Source: Diplonema japonicum (Eukaryota > Protista > Euglenozoa: Diplonemea). From it: a DNA stretch of 64,000 bases. The position numbers were made by a program, and so were the translations under genes. Under the pieces are notes generated by a model, which was not told the origin of the DNA, made no database searches, and was given only the letters and a program-made list of their open reading frames with translations. The stretch is taken from positions 434,001 to 498,000 of the forward strand of contig OZ025666.1 of assembly GCA_964019335.1 (NCBI GenBank), written 5' to 3'. Below, in pieces: positions 30,051-42,817 of this stretch. How positions within the stretch are numbered: the stretch's first letter is position 1; each line of letters starts with the position of its first letter.

Positions 30051-33000
30051 ATGGATGAGGTTACTTCGCTGGAGTCACAAGAATCGACGGATAATGACGG
30101 ACACAAAGAACCCTTCGCAAGCCTGCAAGGGTGCGGGGTGGCGTTTGCGGCAATTACCGTTCTTTTAGGAGGCATAACGATGTGGGTCGTCTTGTACTCC
30201 TGCTCAATTCTGGCCTTGGATCATGTGAAAGACGGATATCGCGGTTCCTCGTCAGATGTTTCCCTTCTGCTAGCTTCAGAATGGAACAGTGGTATCGAGG
30301 GACTGCTTACTTACCCCCGTCTTATCGTGGAAGCATCCCCATTGCAAGATGTTATTTGGTGTCCTTCTTGCTCCCTCCCTAGTCTATTTCCAACCGTTTT
30401 AATGAAGTCAGTGTTGGCGATACCTTACCCAGTCGCTTCTTATGTTACGTCGCTTCCTGAAGGGTTTGAGTCTGGACGGAACTACCTCGCGGCCTTCCGC
30501 AAAACAGGATGCCAAGCCGATCTTCTCCCCTCCACTATCGCGCAGTGGAATGTCGTCCTCATTTACAGCGAAGTTCTAAACAGTATGTACCGAATATGTA
30601 ATGGGCAGGATACGGATACTATGCAAGCTTGTCGTCCTTCCTCGGCATGTTCCCCATTGCAGGCGTACACTTCTGGGTTTGAGTATCTCTCCTTGTCGTC
30701 TGACTCCAACAGTTTCAACTGGAGCCTCTCAAGCTATGCAACCGACTACGTTGTGAAACAGCACACTAGAAGCAGTCATTCCTTTAATCATACTGCGCTC
30801 CTCACTTCCCCACACAGTGGTTCGCTTCTCGTCTTGCAGCCTTGGTACATGGCAGTGATAAGTGCCACTCCCAGCGACAGGTGGCAGAGCGTGTTTTGGG
30901 ACGATGTCGGACAAGGGTACTTCCTGCCCGCGGTTTCTGTTTACCAATACGAGTCTGCAAAGGTGCTGCACGTGGTGGCGGTGCCTTTGACGGTTTTCAT
31001 TTCTGCTCTCCAAACCAGTGTCTCGCGCATCCCGCGGGCCACCGCTGCCATCATCGACTCCTCTGCAGGGACCATCATTGTTGATACTACCGGCAGAGTC
31101 ATGTCGCGAACTATGGCATGCACTCCCACAGGGCTGCGTGACTCATTGTCTCGTGGTGTGCGGCAATTGAAAATGTGCAGAGACGATTGTGTGTGCAGCA
31201 TCTACGCCTCTCAGGAGCCATTCCTGTCTTCAGCTAAGTATTTAAACGTCCCAGGGATGGAGCATTGGGCTGTATTGTTGCTGGTCCCGACTTCTACCCT
31301 GCAAGGTAAGGGGCAACACGCATCGAGCGAGGCGCAAGACATCTTCGACACAGGTGTGGGTGTTGGGTTCGGTCTTATCATTGTGATGGCTGCGGTGCTT
31401 GCATTGCTGTTGAAGATTTCCTTGAGAAAAACCTTCGAGCCTCTGGACAAGCTGTCTGATGACTTCAAGCTTGTCTCAAGCATGTCATTAGATGGCTTGA
31501 CTTTCCATGTGGAGTCGCTGTCGTTTTGGAAAGAGTTCCGTTGCCTTCAGGAGGAATTCGCGCAGCTGACTGAAACCATTCGGGTGTATAGTACTTATTT
31601 GCCAGCATCCGTGGTGCACAAGGCTGACGACGCAGGTACCAGAACAGACATCTCCTCATATGCAAGAAGCCCTGCAAACACCAAGCTGTTGAAGCTGCAG
31701 CTAGGGCTTGGCGTGTTGGCAAATGTCAGCATCCTACGCGGCAAGCTTTCTGTGTCGCCACCGTTCACTGAAGATGAGTTAGACAGCTTCGGACATCTCC
31801 TGTCATCATGGATCAGTGCTGTTAGCAAGGTAGTACTATGTTGGGGCGGCTCGGTGGAGTATGTGCTGGGCGAGGTAGTCATCATATCTTTTGGGACCTG
31901 CCCCTCGCTAGCTCCTGTGTCTTCCGTCACTTTAGCCTGCGAGACGGCGCTCAGTTTGGCGCGGTCTGTCAGCACAATGCAGAGGCAGAGCTTCTCATCA
32001 ATGACGACACTCAGCTTCAGCTGCGGGGTGAGCAACGGGCCGGTTATCTGTGGGAATGGGGGCACCGAAGCCATGCGGCACCGGACCCTGACAGGCTGCA
32101 CAGTGGAAATCGCGGCAAGCTTGCAACGGCTGGCACACGTCTACAAACTCGGTGTGGTGATCGAGCAGACGGAGTACCTTCCAGTGTCGTCGTCGTTCTG
32201 CTTCAGAGAGGTCGACAGGCTCTCTGTCACCGCTGGCGGCTGCAGCAGGTCCATTACCGTGCTCACTGTGTCCCATGCGCGAGACAGCAACATCACCGAT
32301 TCCACCCTTGCTATTGCGTGGGAAGATGTGGAAAAGGGTAAAATATCAAAAGGTCTGAGCACCCTGAGCACCTACTGCCGTAGGAACCCTGAAGATTCGA
32401 TCATGAAGTCGGTGATGGAAGGCATTGTGGTGTACTACAGCAGGTATGGCGACGGGATGCCTTATGAGACGAAGGTGGCCATGGAGGTGACGAGACAGCC
32501 ACGTGCGAACGACTTGGATTCTCTGCTGTCGCCGATCAGGGTGAGCAGCCCGACAACTAAAAAGCTGCCAATGAGCAGAACCCCCGTTCCAGAACTCCCT
32601 CCGTTGGCGTTCCCTTCGGAGGCCCCTCAGCTGCACACGAACGCACTCGTCAAGGTGTATATGTCATATCTGGTCTTTCGCAGGGGATCACACGATGAAT
32701 CTGAAGAAAACACAGAGCTAATACTGACGTCTTTTTATGAGAACATGAATGCACATGGAGGGATCATGAATCTAGCTGGCGACCAGCTTGCGGCTCAGTG
32801 GTCGTGCCAGAACTCAAAGAGGCTTTGCTTGAGCACAGCATTGGGCATACGGCAGACAGTGAGTATCACTGACGGCAGCATGGGCCTGTCATACGACTCT
32901 GCCTGCGAGGGCTCCTTCGTGTTCACGAACTTCACAGCCAACTGCATTGTCGGCGATGTCATCGCAAAGTCCGAAGCCCTTGCAGGCATGGCTCTTCAGT

Positions 33001-35623
33001 GCAGTATGGCTATCGTAGGCGAAGCTGTTTTCAAGGACGTGGTCCCTGATGTGTGGTGGCGGATGCTATGCCCTGAAGGCACCGTTCTGATGTCCAAAGG
33101 CGTGCTCAACATTACTGGGATCGTGCAGCTCGATGCAAAAAACAAAACTGACAAGTACTACACATTGGGGATAAACGCTATGTCGGAGAAGGACTACCAT
33201 AAAGCCAAGCTTATGTTCCAGAACAGTCTGGACATCGAGCATGATGGGTGGACGCTTGAGATCCACAGCGCGGTAACGGAGGGCATAGCTTGCAACACAA
33301 GGAACATTAAGATTGAGCTGACGCGGAGTGGGGACTACTTGATACGACAAGAGGTGCAGGAAGGGAGCTTCGCAGGCAGCATTTTCGGTTCCACGCAGAA
33401 CCTCATGATCCCGAGGAACCGCACCAAGCGTGGGATGCGGAAATCCTTAGAAGCTGCATCGACGATGAGCAGACGAAGGAACTCCATGGAGGTTTTCTCC
33501 ATCCCTCCACCTGTGTTCAAGGAAGAGAAGCAGCTCGTTGTGATCCTAGACAACGGGAACGACCTCTGCGTGGCTGACATCACGTCCAGCGACCCCTACG
33601 TGGTGGTCACCTTCAACGGACAGCACCAGCGGAGCACCACAGTGTACGCCAACAGGACCCCCAAGTGGCAAGGTGTCTTCAACAACGAAGACTGGTCAGG
33701 CCTCATGTTCGTGTTTCCCTTGAAGGAAGATGTCACGCGTGCCATGCTCATCGAATTCAGTGTTTACGACGAAGACCTTATAGGGAACAACGACTTCATG
33801 GGGGGGACAGCGCTAACTCTCGGGGTGGAGGAGATCGACTGTGTGCTTCGGACGCACTCTTTGAAACTACGGCCAATGGAGTACCGCATGTCTGTGACGG
33901 AGCTGGGAACACTTGGGGTGCGGGTAGTGGCGGGAGGGTGTCAAGAAATCTCTACCTTGCTTGAAGCTGTCAAGCCACCACCACTGCTTTCGTTTGACTG
34001 GATACAATCAAGACAGATTATACAAAGCAACCTGGACATTTCGCGGCCCAAGGCACAGAGCTATGAAACCACGCGCGTCAACACGCCTAATGTACGTGCG
34101 AACAGCCAAAGCCTTGCTTGGAAGATGTTGCGTGCGATAGTGCTGCTGTACAACTGTGCCAGAATCCCCGCCAGAGTCGTGTTCAGCACCGTTGAAAGCG
34201 AAGCAGAAAGCGAGGTGACGCTTGCCCTATTCTGCCTCGACTACTGCTTCGATGTGGTTTATTGGATCGAACTGTGGAACACCTTCCGCAGACCGTACTC
34301 CGACCAGGGACAGAAGGTGACGGATCGTGTCGCCATTGCCTCGCACTACCTTCACAACTGGTTCACGATGGATGTCATAGCATGCTTCCCATGGGAGCTT
34401 GTCTGGGCCATCTGGAACCCTGTCGTGTTGCTGGAGAAAAAATGGCTGCGCGCGAACAGGTGCCTTAACCTACTGAGGTTCAAGAGTCTTGTGGAGGAAC
34501 TGATTGAAGACTTTTCATACGGACATCCTGTGGTGATCGAAATCTGCGTGTTTCTACTACTCCTGTGCTACTACCTGCTGTGGATGGGCTGTGTGTGGGG
34601 GGTCATGTTTGGAAAGATGGAATCTAATGGGTCTGATGTCATCTCAATGTACCTCTTCGGGCGAGCGTGCGGGGAGCCATCACGGCAGTGGGATGAAATA
34701 CCGCTCACAGAAAAGGTAGTGATTGCATTCCATTGGGCGCTGAGGGGGTTCTCTGGTTACGGGGCAGGGTGGCCGGGTACAGATACACAACACGTGGCAC
34801 TGCTGCTGATAAACATCACCGGTGTTGCAGTGTTCGCGAGTGTGATTGCATACGTGCAGAAGCTGATCAGCATCCTAGGTACGGTGTCCACTACCCATTT
34901 CAACAAAATGGAGGAGATATCTGAAACGATCACGTACCTACACCTCCCGGAGGATTTGGGGGAAGAGATTCTACGGTACTACAGGAGACTGTATATCCAG
35001 ACAAAGCAAGCAGAGCAGGGGCAGTTTGCCTTCCTTTCACATGAGCTCCCTGGCATGCTCTGGAAGGAGTTGTCATTCCATGTGAACAAAAACCTTGTGG
35101 AGCTCGTCCCGGAGCTGCGGAGCAGCAATGTACCATTCATAACATCGTTGGTGTCCAAGCTGGAGGAACGTTTTGAAGCGCCTGGTGATATTTTGGTGGA
35201 GAGAGGCGATGTGGAGCCTGAAGGGATATTCTTCATAGTACGTGGGACAGCTCGTGCGACGCTCAATGGCCTTGAGGTGGAACGACTTGGCCCTGGTGAC
35301 TTTTGGGGCGAAGTCTCGGTCATTCTAGGAGGCCCGCAGATTGCTACTGTAGAGGTGCTTGAGTACGCTGAGATCTTCGTCCTTCCTCATGAAGACGCGC
35401 AACTATTCCTCGCAGGCAACGAGTCCCGGTTAAAGGATCGCGCTGTTCAGCGGCGGGACCGTATCCGGTTGATGACACTAAGGGTTTGGAGAAGGAGAAG
35501 AAAAAAAAAAAAAAAAAAAAAAAAAAACAGGGTTCCTTGAACGATTCACGCCTCAGCTTCCCGTCCACAGCCGACATTCAGAAGTTGGTCACGCAGTACA
35601 GCACCGAAGACAACACGACTTGA
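30051..35623 (+). CDS. Receptor-type pseudo-nucleotide-cyclase / C2 / cyclic-nucleotide-gated channel fusion; intron 35484-35530
   Basis: TM-ectodomain-TM-HAMP-like; two class III cyclase-like domains; C2 (ADITSSDPYV..VYDEDLIGNNDFMG); S1-S6 with WFTMDVIACFPW, S4 LRANRCLNLLR and filter GFSGYG; C-linker; cNMP domain (LGPGDFWGEVS). Confidence 0.85.
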
Positions 35624-35753
35624 TCCGTTTCTACGTGGTCAGAAAGAAAAGTAGGGGAGAGGGGTGGGGTTTTTACAAATTACTTAAATTGCAGCTTTCT
35701 ATTTTCTTTTCGTTCACAACATTCTCCCCCGTAGTCCGCCACAGAGGGTTAAG

Positions 35754-36400
35754 ATGACGGTGAGGCCATCGAGGGTGCTGCATAGCTGGGCGGGGTCGAA
35801 GGGTGCGGTGGCGCCCACAAAGGGTCTCGGCAGATTCTTCCAGAGGACGAAGACGGTCATGGCGCTGGAGCCCATGTACTCCCCACACAGGGTGCACTGG
35901 GACGCCCCCCACGACATGTGGAACCATGGTGCCTTTACCAACTACAACCTCGTTGTGAAGTGTCTCCTTATCTTCTTCGTTGTGGGGCCAGCTATCAACA
36001 CGCTAGGGTACTACATCGAACGGACACACTCGCCGAACAGGGTCCCTCTTCCTGGTAAGCTCAGTGTGTACACTGATATCGATGATCCTGATTGGAGGCT
36101 CAAGCTTGAAATGTGGAACAAGGAGAAGAGGGAAGGCCCCAGGCCTTTTGGGTACAACAGGTGTTTGACATGGGGAATAATTGTAAATAAAATTGTAAAC
36201 ACTTTTCTAGGTACCTCGACGTCATGAAGGATGTAAAGGTCTCCCACCCCGACTACAAGCTTTACGTGCCCTCTGAGCATGGTATGAAAGATGGGGGAAA
36301 AAAAAAAAAAAAAAAAAAAAAAAAAACAGGTGAGGGTGTTGGTGCCAACGCTAGTGACATCATCGCGCGGGAGAAGGCGCAGCAAGGGCTGAGGTCATAG
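35754..36400 (+). CDS. Small single-TM protein, probably mitochondrial; introns 36161-36210 and 36282-36329
   Basis: Basic presequence-like N-terminus and one TM; splicing gives a continuous frame to TAG at 36400. Confidence 0.7.
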
Positions 36401-36865
36401 ATAGAGCGTGAAGGGGTTTTTTTTTTCTTTCTCTTTTTTATTTTTTTTTCTTATTTTCTATGTAGTGTAACGGCATTGAGAAGAAAATGAAATAGGGGGT
36501 GGGGGGAGGGGGGGGGGGGGGGGGGTGAGATTGGAAAAATCTTTTTTTAAAGAAACCATTCCTCATTAGTGTGCATTTTCTTCCCCCCCCTGAAGAACAT
36601 TTTGACAAAAAAACTACCACGATTTTAGCACCCCCCCCTCTCCCTTTTTTATCAGAAGAAACTGTATTTATGTTCCCGGCATATCCATCCCCCCCTCCCC
36701 TCATCTTCTTTTTCATGTGTTTCATAATGATGTCTTTTTTTGTTGTCCCCCCCTTATTTCCCTTTTTTAATTGCCGTTTTTTTTTTTCTCTTTTTTTTTC
36801 TGTATGGTTATTAAAAATCTGTTTTTTTTTTCCCCCTCCTATTTTCCGTACAGAAAAAGAAAAAA

Positions 36866-37874
36866 ATGCGGCGGGGATTATTACGAGTAGTGGTCAAAGG
36901 GGAGAAACGTTGGTGCGCAGCAAAGGCAGCACCTGGTGAAGAGCCGGATCTTGAGGAGATGAGGGAGAGACAAAGGTGGCAAGACAGGTATGAGTTCAGT
37001 GATGAAGAGATTGAAGAAGAGCTCAAGGGAGAGAAGAAATGGAAAGAACAGTGGAGGGGAGGCAAGAACTGGCTCAGATATTACCTCAACATCTTTGAAG
37101 AACACGACAACCTGTCAGAACGGAGGGAAAGGTGGCAAGTTCTCATCTGGAAAGACGTGCGTTTAGTGAAATCCCTCATCGGCCTCGCCGTTCTAACCGC
37201 AATGCTGTACAGCGAAGTCGCACGAGACAAATTGTTCGCAAAATTAAGAGAATTTTCGATGAAGGGCAGCGGGACGGACTGGCCGACGCATTATATCGAA
37301 TTGAGGGAAATACATGAAGGGAAAAGAAATTTGGATCAGATTGTATGCAAAGCCTCCCCCAACTTTTTTTTAATTTTTTTTTTTTGTACAGATGTCATCA
37401 TGGGAAAAGGTACGAGACGCTCACCAACGAGATTGGTTGCTCCCGTTACTTGCTGCTCAGGTATATAATAAAAAAAAAAAAAAAAGAAAAAAAAAAAAAA
37501 AAAAGGCGCTTGTGAATTTCGTGTCTCAACCAGCGATGTTGAGCAACGGGGGGGCTCCACCTGACGCAGTCATTGAGAAGCTTGCAGAAGAGCTCTCCTT
37601 CATTGAGGCCGACGTTACCCGCATGTCTGCCGAGGTTGCCCTCCACCTCCATAACCTGAAGTCTGGCGACGTAAAGTGGCCAGGCCGGCAGCCCAACAAG
37701 GCTGTGATGGAGGAGATCACAGAGGCCATCGCCGCCATGTCAGATTTCAAAATCCACCCTGTTCTGGTAGAACGCTTGGAAATGCTGAAAAACAAAGACC
37801 GGGTCTTCTTCGGCGGGACTGGGTACTTCACTTCTTCATCAAAAGAGCTTCAGGAGAAAACGATCACAGCTTGA
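36866..37874 (+). CDS. Hypothetical single-TM protein, probably mitochondrial; introns 37343-37391 and 37461-37505
   Basis: MRRGLLR..RWC presequence-like start; the 49-nt intron joins ORFs 36866 and 37392. Confidence 0.7.
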
Positions 37875-37963
37875 ACGCGGAAAGAAGTGTTTCTTTTTTT
37901 TTTTTTTTTTTTTTTCCTCAAGCTTCTGTCAAGTATATCAAAAGGTTTCCACTCCCATTATAA

Positions 37964-39724
37964 ATGTTGAAATCAAGACAAAGCCGGAAGTTCACAGAGA
38001 AGTACCTGAGCTTTGTGCAATGCGCTGTTGGTGTGTTTCTTGTTGCGGGGTTCGGGGCTCACATGATTATGGCGCAGCATGCTAAGAAACAAGACAACAT
38101 CAACGCAAAGGTGATCATCGCGAGACAGAAGGAGGTTATTGCGTCGCTGACCTCGAGCAGCCTTGCTATGGAACAGGTGCGGGAATCCGCTCGCCAAGCG
38201 GAACTTGACCTGCTCGACACACTTGCCGCAGCTCAGAAAAAGCTCGAAGCGAACAACAAAATCTACCAACCAGAACAGTCTACCAGCACCGTGAGAACCA
38301 CTGCAGTCGTCAAGACACTGCGTTCTGTTTGGGGTGCTTACAAGAAACACGCTATGGGCGCCGACGAACTCGACTCTCTCAGCAACAAACCCGTAAACTG
38401 GGACAGCGCCAACAAGCAGATGGTCACCCTTGTGGACTCCCTTGACACCTTGTACATCACAGGCTGCCATGACGAGTTCAACGAAGCTGTCGACTACCTT
38501 GCCAATCACTTCAACTTCAACCCTTCTGAGAACATCGCCCTGTTTGAGACAACTATCCGTGTCCTTGGCGGGCTGCTCTCAGCCTACGCCCTCTCCGGCG
38601 ACGCTCGTATCCTTTCCAAAGCCGTTCAAGTAGGCAATTCCATGATCCCCGCCTACAGCAAGGAGGTCCTCTCTAAACAAGGCGGTGTCCCACACCAGTA
38701 CTGGAACCCTAAAACCCATAAATCAAACAAAGGTTTTGGTCCCCTCCTTGCCGAATCCGGCTCCGTGCAGCTTGAGTACAGGTACCTCTCGCATCTGACG
38801 GGCAACCACACCTACGACACGGACGCAATGAGGGTGTTCGAGGTCTTCCGCAGAGACACTCGAAACGGGTTGTTGGGAAACAAGTTCGACGGGAAGCACT
38901 TCACAGGCACTGTGAGCACAGGTGCCTTCTCCGACTCCTACTATGAGTACCTCCTGAAGCTGCACCTCCTCACAGGGCAGAACGAAGGTGTGTACAAAGA
39001 CATGTACATCGAAGCTGCAGAGGGCATCATCAACCACTTGGTGAAGAAGGTGGGCAACACCACTCAGTCGTACATCAAGCAAGGTTATATCGTGCAGTCG
39101 AAGGCCAACATCACGACGCCTGTGATGAGCAAGAACTTCGAGCACCTGTCGTGCTTCGTGCCTGGGATGCTTGCGTTGGGGTCGCAGTACCTCAACGACT
39201 CGGACATGGCGAAGAAACACTTGCAGGCGGCGGAGTCCATTGCTGAGTTCTGTGTCCATTTGTACCTTGACACAGCGACAGGGCTCAGCCCGGATGTGGT
39301 GAGCATGCGATCTGGAAAGAAGAATGTTGTTAAAGGAAACTACGGGCTTCGTCCTGAAACAATAGAATCCCTGTTCTACTTGTGGCGCGTGACACGGAAG
39401 GAGGTGTACAGGGAGTGGGGGTGGAAGATCTACCAGAGCATCGAACGAAACTGCAAGGTTTGCCCGGCTTGTGAAATGAGTGGTTACTCCGAAGTTGCCG
39501 ACGTAAAGGCAGCGAAGCCAAGGCACACCGGGCACATGGAATCCTTTTTCACAGGGGAGACACTGAAGTATTTGTACCTTCTGTTCACTGACGACAGTGC
39601 TCTCGATCTTGACTGTTGGGTTTTGAACACCGAGGCGCACCCCTTCCCGAAGTTCATGCCTTTGAATTCTAATAACACGGAGGCACATTCTTTGCCAGCG
39701 AAGTGCCCTCCATCACACCTCTGA
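37964..39724 (+). CDS. GH47 alpha-1,2-mannosidase, type II membrane (paralog 1)
   Basis: FETTIRVLGGLLSAY, DSYYEYLLK, HLSCF, LRPETIES, ESFFTGETLKYLYLLF, NTEAHP. Confidence 0.93.
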   Translation: MLKSRQSRKFTEKYLSFVQCAVGVFLVAGFGAHMIMAQHAKKQDNINAKVIIARQKEVIASLTSSSLAMEQVRESARQAELDLLDTLAAAQKKLEANNKIYQPEQSTSTVRTTAVVKTLRSVWGAYKKHAMGADELDSLSNKPVNWDSANKQMVTLVDSLDTLYITGCHDEFNEAVDYLANHFNFNPSENIALFETTIRVLGGLLSAYALSGDARILSKAVQVGNSMIPAYSKEVLSKQGGVPHQYWNPKTHKSNKGFGPLLAESGSVQLEYRYLSHLTGNHTYDTDAMRVFEVFRRDTRNGLLGNKFDGKHFTGTVSTGAFSDSYYEYLLKLHLLTGQNEGVYKDMYIEAAEGIINHLVKKVGNTTQSYIKQGYIVQSKANITTPVMSKNFEHLSCFVPGMLALGSQYLNDSDMAKKHLQAAESIAEFCVHLYLDTATGLSPDVVSMRSGKKNVVKGNYGLRPETIESLFYLWRVTRKEVYREWGWKIYQSIERNCKVCPACEMSGYSEVADVKAAKPRHTGHMESFFTGETLKYLYLLFTDDSALDLDCWVLNTEAHPFPKFMPLNSNNTEAHSLPAKCPPSHL

Positions 39725-40637
39725 ACCCTTCCTTGAAGTGTTCTTACTACTACCACCTCAGCTTCTCTTTCTTCTTTTGTTACTGTTCTGCCTGTCGGAG
39801 TCTATGATTTGCCACTCAGGACGTTGTACTTGCTATTTTTTTTTTTTTTTGTGTTGTTACTCCCTTCTATTTTTTTTTTTCTCAGATGATATAGAATTTT
39901 GCAGCAGCTGCCGGGCAACGATCGACTTCTTTCGAGGAGTGTTCATCCTGTCTCCTGACTCTATCACAGCTTATTTACGATAACCGTTCTCATGGATCCC
40001 TCCCCCCGATAGGGGGCCATAGCAGATTATATATACGGAGCTGTTTGAAAAACAGCCTGCCCTTGTGTGGGTTGCCTAGAAAGAGGTTAGTAGCGGACGG
40101 TGACTCGTAGAAATTTAAGAAAAGGGAAAAAAAAAAAGGAAAAAAAAAAAAAAGAGATTCTTTATGACTATATGTTTTTTGTTGTCGCAGAAAGCTGTGA
40201 GGGTTTTTGCTCGGCACAAAAGTTGCGTATTTGTTATAAAATTATCTTTTTTGAAAAGATAAAATTTTTGTGACAATCAGAAAAGGAAGAAGAAAAAAAA
40301 AAGAAATTGGTGTAGCTCACCATCCCCTTAGCGAACATTCTCTCGGTGTCTAAAGCCGAGGTGAAAAATAAAATAAAATAAATACGAAAACAGAGAAAAG
40401 AAAAGAGAAAAAAAAAACTATATAGACTTCTCCCTCCCTGTGCTGGCGGCTCCTTCTAAAGTGCCTTGCCGCCCTCCCCCTCCGAGCTGCATAGTTCTTG
40501 GTCCTATGCTGCCATTTGCCTCCCTATCTTGTTTTTACCCCCCCTTTTTTTTATTCCCATTATTTCCCGTCTCTTTTTTTTTTTACGCATTCTCTTGTTT
40601 TTACTATTTTATCTCAACAGAGGCCAGACAACCCAAC

Positions 40638-42362
40638 ATGTTGAAAAATCGGCCTCGCCGGGCTTGCGGCCAAATACCCATTTTTCAAACATTGATTTTC
40701 TTCGGCTTTGTGGTCCAGGTGCTGATGTTGTTACACGACAGACAGCAAGAGCGAGCCGACGCTGCTCAGGTCATCGCAGAGCAAAAGGAAGAGATTCGCA
40801 AGCTAAAGGTGCAAGCCCTCCGCATGGCTGAGCAAGCAGTGTTGAAACCCACTGATAAAGAACATGATAAAGAACCTGAAAAAACAAACAGCCCACCGTC
40901 ACCCACGGTCAGGGAAACACAGACACAGCATGCCACCAAGGACCGCGCCGCTGCAGTCGTCAAGACACTGCGTTCTGTTTGGGGTGCTTACAAGAAACAC
41001 GCTATGGGCGCCGACGAGCTGGAACCCGTGAACAACAAGCCAGTGTACTGGGACAGAAGCAACAAACAGATGGTCACATTGGTCGACACCCTTGACACCT
41101 TGTACCTTGCAGGATGTATCAGCGAGTTCAATGAAGCTGTCGACTACCTTGCCGAGCATTTCAACTTCACTCCATCTGGCAACGTAGCCCTGTTTGAGAC
41201 AGCCATCCGCGTCCTCGGCGGGCTGCTCTCAGCCTACGCCCTCTCCGGCGACGCTCGCATCCTTTCCAAAGCCGTTCAAGTTGGCAATTCCATGATCCCC
41301 GCCTACAGCAAAGAGGTCCTCTCTAGGTACGGTGGAGTTCCCCTGCACGTCTGGAACCCAAAAACCCGAAAGGCGGACCGCGGCTACGGCACCTTCCTCG
41401 CCGAGGCCGGCTCCGTGCAGCTTGAGTACAGGTACCTTTCGCGTGCTACTGGCAACATGAAGTACGACACAGATGCCATGAGGGTGTTCGATATATTCCG
41501 CAGAGACACAAAGCACGGGCTGCTGGGGAACACCTTCGACGGGAGCCGCTTCTCGGGCACGGCGAGTACTGGGTCTTACTCCGACTCCTACTATGAGTAC
41601 CTCCTGAAGCTGCACCTCCTCACAGGGCAGAACGAAGATATGTTCAAGGACATGTACGTACAAGCCTCCGAGGCCATCATCAACCACCTCACGAAGAAGG
41701 TAGGCGACTCCACACAGTCTTACGTCGTTTCAGCGGTACTCACGAATCGTGGTGTGTCGACATCGGATACGACTTTCGAGCACCTATCGTGCTTCGTGCC
41801 TGGGATGCTTGCGTTGGGGTCGCAGTACCTCAACGACTCGGACATGGCGAAGAAACACTTGCAGGCGGCGGAGTCCATTGCTGAGTTCTGTGCCCATTTG
41901 TACCTTGACACAGCGACAGGGCTCAGCCCGGATGTGGTGAGCATGAGTTCTGGTAGGAAGTCATACATGCGGACTAACTACGGGCTTCGTCCTGAGACAA
42001 TAGAATCCCTGTTCTACTTGTGGCGCGTGACACGGAAGGAGGTGTACAGGGAGTGGGGGTGGAAGATCTACCAGAGCATTGAGAAACACTGCAAGGTTTG
42101 CCCATCTTGTGAAGTGAGTGGTTACTCCGAAGTTGCCGACGTAAAGGCAGCGAAGCCAAGGCACACCGGGCACATGGACACCTTCTTCACAGGGGAGACA
42201 CTGAAGTATTTGTACCTTCTGTTCGCTGACGACAGTGCTCTCGATCTTGACTGTTGGGTTTTGAGCACCGAGGCGCACCCCTTCCCGAAGTTCATGCCGA
42301 ACAGCTTCAACGGGACGCCACGTTCTCTACCTGAAAAATGTGCAAAGGTTATGAACCACTAG
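40638..42362 (+). CDS. GH47 alpha-1,2-mannosidase (paralog 2)
   Basis: Same motifs as paralog 1, with DTFF and STEAHP variants; MLK start followed by a TM anchor. Confidence 0.93.
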   Translation: MLKNRPRRACGQIPIFQTLIFFGFVVQVLMLLHDRQQERADAAQVIAEQKEEIRKLKVQALRMAEQAVLKPTDKEHDKEPEKTNSPPSPTVRETQTQHATKDRAAAVVKTLRSVWGAYKKHAMGADELEPVNNKPVYWDRSNKQMVTLVDTLDTLYLAGCISEFNEAVDYLAEHFNFTPSGNVALFETAIRVLGGLLSAYALSGDARILSKAVQVGNSMIPAYSKEVLSRYGGVPLHVWNPKTRKADRGYGTFLAEAGSVQLEYRYLSRATGNMKYDTDAMRVFDIFRRDTKHGLLGNTFDGSRFSGTASTGSYSDSYYEYLLKLHLLTGQNEDMFKDMYVQASEAIINHLTKKVGDSTQSYVVSAVLTNRGVSTSDTTFEHLSCFVPGMLALGSQYLNDSDMAKKHLQAAESIAEFCAHLYLDTATGLSPDVVSMSSGRKSYMRTNYGLRPETIESLFYLWRVTRKEVYREWGWKIYQSIEKHCKVCPSCEVSGYSEVADVKAAKPRHTGHMDTFFTGETLKYLYLLFADDSALDLDCWVLSTEAHPFPKFMPNSFNGTPRSLPEKCAKVMNH

Positions 42363-42817
42363 CACAATAATAGGTAGAGAAGAGCATTGCACCGGTAAAG
42401 CAGTCAGGGTGACGGGAGTCTACTGAAAGCAAGTGCAGCCATGAAGAGTTTAATTTTTAAGAACACCTTTTCTAAGCGAACACAAATTTAGCATTATTTC
42501 AACAGATTTTTCACGCGCTGCTAGTTTTTGCAGCATGGAAGGTGGGCCCACTTGAATTGCCCATACGAACACTTTCTTTTTCTTGACCAAGATAACAGTA
42601 GTGTAAGTGAGTTGTTATTATGCAAAGGAGTTAGCTTTGTTCGACTTGACCCTCTGCAGGATAAGCCTGGTTCAAGTTTCCTAGTTCTACTTAGCTGTAG
42701 ATCAATCATTTGACGTTGGAGAGCATGGTCGTGTCTTCTGCGTATCTTGTTCTGCCATTTGCCATTATTAACTTTCAATCGAAGATATCAACAAACAAAG
42801 GAAACCATTTTATCAAA

